A DNA stretch of 61,065 bases, filler included, from Chthonomonadaceae bacterium (GTDB lineage: Bacteria > Armatimonadota > Chthonomonadetes > Chthonomonadales > Chthonomonadaceae): NCBI GenBank assembly GCA_035650735.1. It is 3 parts of 3 records of this genome, joined end to end, with 100 filler letters (N's around TTAATTAATTAA, not from the genome) between each part and the next. Parts side by side here need not be neighbours in the genome. Positions count along the whole stretch, not along the records: positions 36,269 to 61,065 come from DASRGZ010000148.1; 2 more parts are not named here. One strand, given 5' to 3'. The notes under the pieces were generated by a model, which was not told the DNA's origin, searched no databases, and was given only the letters and a program-made list of their open reading frames with translations. Numbering within the stretch: position 1 is the first letter of the stretch; every line of letters starts with the position of its first letter. This document shows, in pieces, positions 57,572-61,065 of the stretch. The translations under genes were made by a program, and so were the position numbers.

Positions 57572-59848
57572 CTACGGCTCCGCCGCCGGGCCGCGCCAGA
57601 CGCTGCCGCCGAAGGTCGTCACGTAGATATGGTCGGGATCGGCCGGGTCGAAGGTGACGCGCTGGACGTTGCTGAACGGCAGGCCCTCCATCGGCTTCCA
57701 GGTCGTGCCGTTGTCGCGGCTGAGCCATAATCCCGCGCCGGGCGCGCCCTCGGTCAGCGTCATGTAGATCCAGCCGGGGCGTTTTGGGTGCAGGTAGGCG
57801 CCGAAGTGCTCCGGCCCCTGCCGCGCCAGCCGCTGCCACGTCGCGCCGCCGTCCGTGCTCCGGTAGAGGCCGGCCTCTTCCTGCCCGTTGGCGTCGCAGC
57901 CGCAGAGGTAGATCACGCGGCTATCGTGCGGGTCTATCGTGAAGTCTTTGGGCCAGAGGAGGGGCTGCGAGCGGTTGACCAGCGCCCAATGGGCCGCGCC
58001 GTCGGTCGAGCGGTAGAGCCCGACGCCCTCCGACAGAAAGCGCCCGTTCTGTCGCAGCGCCGTCACCAGGGCGTACAGCGTCCCGTCGGGATGGAGATAG
58101 ACGCGGCAGACCCGCCGATTGGCCTCCGTGCCCAATCCCGCATTGCGCGCCGTCCAGGTTTTGCCACCGTCTATGGACTTGTAGACACCCGCGCCAAACA
58201 GCCCGGCGTAGAGTATCCGCGACTCTCTGGGGCTATGTGGGTCCACGACAACGGAGGTTGTGGGAGCCAGAGGCAGGCCCTGGTTGGACGGCTTCCACGT
58301 CGCCCCATAGTCGGTGCTGAGGCAGACGCCGCCCGGCCCTGTGCCGCGGTGGTTGCCGTAGATGATGTTGCCGTTGGGGATGTCGTGAACGTTGGAGAAG
58401 GCTCCCCAGATACGGCCCGGCGTCTGCGGGTCGAAGGCCAGCGCGTAGCAGGTGTTGCTCCAGGGAGCGCGCCCGGCTAACGGCCACCACTGCCAGGTCT
58501 GTCCGCGATCCAGCGAGCGCGCAAAGCCGATGTCGGTATAGCAGATATAGTGGCGCTCAGGTTGGAAGGGGTCAATGTAATAGTTCCAGGTCGTCGTCAC
58601 GACCAGGCCGTTGCAGAGCCAGCGCGGCGTCTGGCCGGGCGCGTCGGTGCCGGGCACCAGGCGCGTGTGGCCGCAGGCCCAGGTCTTGCCGCCGTTGGCG
58701 GTCACGTAACAGCCGCCGGTCGTCACCAGCAGGAGGCGGTCGCGGTCGTTGGCGTCAATGGCGACCGAGGGCACATCCTGATAAAACTGGCCGTCCACAA
58801 CAACCGTATAGTCCTTCTCAACGTTGCAGCCCGGATAGCGCGGGTCGGCCTGGAAGGTGGCACGCCAGGTTTTGCCGGCATCGTCGGAGCGGTAGACGGT
58901 GGCGTGGTGCGGCGGCGGAATGCCGGTATTGGTGTTGAAGGCGTAGACTGTGCTAGGCTGCGCGTTGGTGGTGACGACGTGGCGATACTGGGCGATAGGT
59001 CCCATCGCCCACTCGTCAAAGGCTTTCGTCTCCATGTTCAGCCCGGAGCCCATCGCCCATTGCCAGGACTCGCCCCGATCCAGCGAGCGATAGAGCCCGC
59101 CCGCGAACTTGCCGTTCTCGTCCCGGCTAGGAACGGAGCAATAGAGGATGGTCAGGCGCTCGCGGGCGTTGGAGCCACCCGCAAAGGCCAGGAGACCGCC
59201 CTCCGGCAGCCCGCGCATCTTGCGGGTCCAGGTCTTGCCGCCATCGTCGGAGCGCCAGAGGCCCTCGCTGGTTGCGGCAAAGCAGGTGCGGCGCCCGACC
59301 GGGCTGTTCAGATCGAAGTGAAAGGCGAGCGGTTCGCCCTGGGGGCCGTCGCAGCGCGTCCAGGTCTGGCCCGCATCGTCGGAACGGTAGACGCTGGATT
59401 GCGCCCCGGCCAGCATCCGGCGCGGGTTCTGCGGGTCCAGGGCGATCTCGCCGCGCAGGTCCGCCGGCAGGTTGCCGATGGGCTTCCAGTGCTCGCCGCC
59501 GTCCCGGCTGACCTCGAGGCCGTTCCATCCGGCTGCATAGATGATGTTGGGGTTGGTCGGGTGGAAGGCGGGCCGGCAGCGCGTGCTGGAACGAAGCTGG
59601 GCGTGGTGGATCATCCGCCAATGGAGGCCGCCGTCGTTGGAGAGATAGGCGGCGCTCATGTCACAGTTGAGCATCATGCGCTGCGGGTTGATCGGGCTGA
59701 TGGCGGGCGTGAACATCGCGCCACCCCCAGAAAGCCCGATAGGCTCCCAGAGAGCGCGGGCCGCATCCGCCGACTGTCCCGCTGCGAAGCGCGCCAAACC
59801 GAGCAGCATCAGGAGCGCGATCCACACCCTGACATATAAGCGGGTCAT
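57572..59848 (-). CDS. Secreted BNR/Asp-box repeat beta-propeller protein (glycoside hydrolase-like)
   Basis: Signal peptide; more than ten S.D.G.TW Asp-boxes. Confidence 0.85.
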   Translation of the reverse strand: MTRLYVRVWIALLMLLGLARFAAGQSADAARALWEPIGLSGGGAMFTPAISPINPQRMMLNCDMSAAYLSNDGGLHWRMIHHAQLRSSTRCRPAFHPTNPNIIYAAGWNGLEVSRDGGEHWKPIGNLPADLRGEIALDPQNPRRMLAGAQSSVYRSDDAGQTWTRCDGPQGEPLAFHFDLNSPVGRRTCFAATSEGLWRSDDGGKTWTRKMRGLPEGGLLAFAGGSNARERLTILYCSVPSRDENGKFAGGLYRSLDRGESWQWAMGSGLNMETKAFDEWAMGPIAQYRHVVTTNAQPSTVYAFNTNTGIPPPHHATVYRSDDAGKTWRATFQADPRYPGCNVEKDYTVVVDGQFYQDVPSVAIDANDRDRLLLVTTGGCYVTANGGKTWACGHTRLVPGTDAPGQTPRWLCNGLVVTTTWNYYIDPFQPERHYICYTDIGFARSLDRGQTWQWWPLAGRAPWSNTCYALAFDPQTPGRIWGAFSNVHDIPNGNIIYGNHRGTGPGGVCLSTDYGATWKPSNQGLPLAPTTSVVVDPHSPRESRILYAGLFGAGVYKSIDGGKTWTARNAGLGTEANRRVCRVYLHPDGTLYALVTALRQNGRFLSEGVGLYRSTDGAAHWALVNRSQPLLWPKDFTIDPHDSRVIYLCGCDANGQEEAGLYRSTDGGATWQRLARQGPEHFGAYLHPKRPGWIYMTLTEGAPGAGLWLSRDNGTTWKPMEGLPFSNVQRVTFDPADPDHIYVTTFGGSVWRGPAAEP

Positions 59849-60112
59849 TGTTGCTATTTCTTTCCTCCTGTTAATCCTGTCTAATCGGCTTTGTCGTTGC
59901 AATGGGCACGAATTTCGTGATTAATTGATTGCTTTCCCACACCCAGGAGAAGATGTGGCGGAAATTAATTCGCTGCCACACGCCGCCGAGGAATGAATTT
60001 CCTCCACCGCATACCCGAGCAATAAATGCGGAGGAAATTAATCAAGAAATCCCTTCCTCTACCACACGCCGAGGAAACCCTGGCCGAAACGAATGTCGTG
60101 AAAGGCACACAC

Positions 60113-61065
60113 ATGAATTCCACATTCAATCTCGAACAAGAGGCGCTGGCCTCCTATAACTATCTGGAAACGCTTGTCGAGCCGGCAACCGGCTTTACCT
60201 ACTTCGACGTTTTCCTGATGGACCCGGCGGAGGCCGTCCATGACTGGCCGGACTTTCTCGACGTGCCGGGGCGCTCCGCCGAGACGTGTACGCTGCTGCG
60301 CCACATGACGGGCCGACCGGTCGCCACGGAGGAGGCGTTTTTCCGGCGCCTCTACGGTTTCCAGCGGGAGGACGGGCTGTTTTACCGTCCCGAAACTGCC
60401 ATCACACGCCCGGAAATGATGCGGGAAGAGCAGGCCCTGGTGATGGCGGCGCTGCTTGCCCGGGCGATTGGAGACTCGGATCGGGAGGCGGAGGAGCGGC
60501 TGCATCGGCTTATCCAGGCGCTTGCCAATACCCCCGTGCACTCCGGCCCCTTTCCCGCCATGCTGATCCGTCCCCTGGTGCGCGCCTGGGAAGCCCTGGG
60601 CATGCAAACGGCGTACACGCTGGTTAGCCGCCTGCGCGATCATCTCCTGCATGAATCCCCGCTGTTTCGGCCTGACGGCAGCTTTGCCGGGCACGTGCAT
60701 TCGCACCTCTACGCGGCGGCGGGACTGGCGGAACTGGGGCGCTTGACCGAAGACGAGCCGCTCCTTATGCACATGGACCGGGTTTACCGGACGATGCGCG
60801 ACCGCTCCACGGCGTTTGGCTTTGTGCCGGAGCTAACGGAGCGCGCCGATGACGTGGTCGGCTGTGAGACCTGCTGCCTGATGGACTATATTCACCTGGC
60901 GCTGGCCCTGACCCGAGCCGGGAAAACTGCCTATTTCGAGGACATCGAGCGCGCCGTCCGCAACCATCTGGTAGAGAGCCGGGTCAAGCACGGCGACTGG
61001 CTGCCGAAACGCCCCGATGCGGCCGATGAGGGCCTGGTCCGGCGCACCGGCGTGCAGCGGGCGGT
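60113..61065 (+). CDS. GH127-like (beta-L-arabinofuranosidase-related) protein, runs off the window
   Basis: Manual translation MNSTFNLEQEALASYNYL...GHVHSH...GCETCCLMD...DIERAVRNHL; missing from the ORF track because no stop is reached. Confidence 0.65.
   Translation, partial: MNSTFNLEQEALASYNYLETLVEPATGFTYFDVFLMDPAEAVHDWPDFLDVPGRSAETCTLLRHMTGRPVATEEAFFRRLYGFQREDGLFYRPETAITRPEMMREEQALVMAALLARAIGDSDREAEERLHRLIQALANTPVHSGPFPAMLIRPLVRAWEALGMQTAYTLVSRLRDHLLHESPLFRPDGSFAGHVHSHLYAAAGLAELGRLTEDEPLLMHMDRVYRTMRDRSTAFGFVPELTERADDVVGCETCCLMDYIHLALALTRAGKTAYFEDIERAVRNHLVESRVKHGDWLPKRPDAADEGLVRRTGVQRA

Overview
High-GC bacterial DNA from a draft assembly. Three contig pieces (1-21704, 21805-36168, 36269-61065) are joined by artificial N44-TTAATTAATTAA-N44 linkers, so gene context cannot be read across them. 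PEP-CTERM, dockerin-tailed secreted proteins and many sugar enzymes suggest an Armatimonadota-like organism (inference only). Most genes are envelope and carbohydrate functions: GT-C/GT4/GT2 glycosyltransferases, two radical SAM enzymes, rhaB, uxuA, trmFO, a QueA paralogue, peptidases and glycoside hydrolases. The best candidate novel system is an AT-richer two-gene cassette (37388-44500): a membrane-anchored protein with three C-terminal zinc fingers, coupled to a 1551-aa DEAH/DUF1998 helicase of the Druantia DruE type. Other notable items: a composite palindromic repeat inserted in frame inside a membrane glycosyltransferase gene; an orphan two-repeat type I-E-like CRISPR unit; a tRNA 3'-half att site marking an island edge; three sigma54-type promoter motifs, one with no adjacent sense gene; a decayed antitoxin/PIN/Thg1 mosaic; and an SDR-QueA-Rieske operon divergent from trmFO. 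All calls come from motif recognition by eye; no searches were run.
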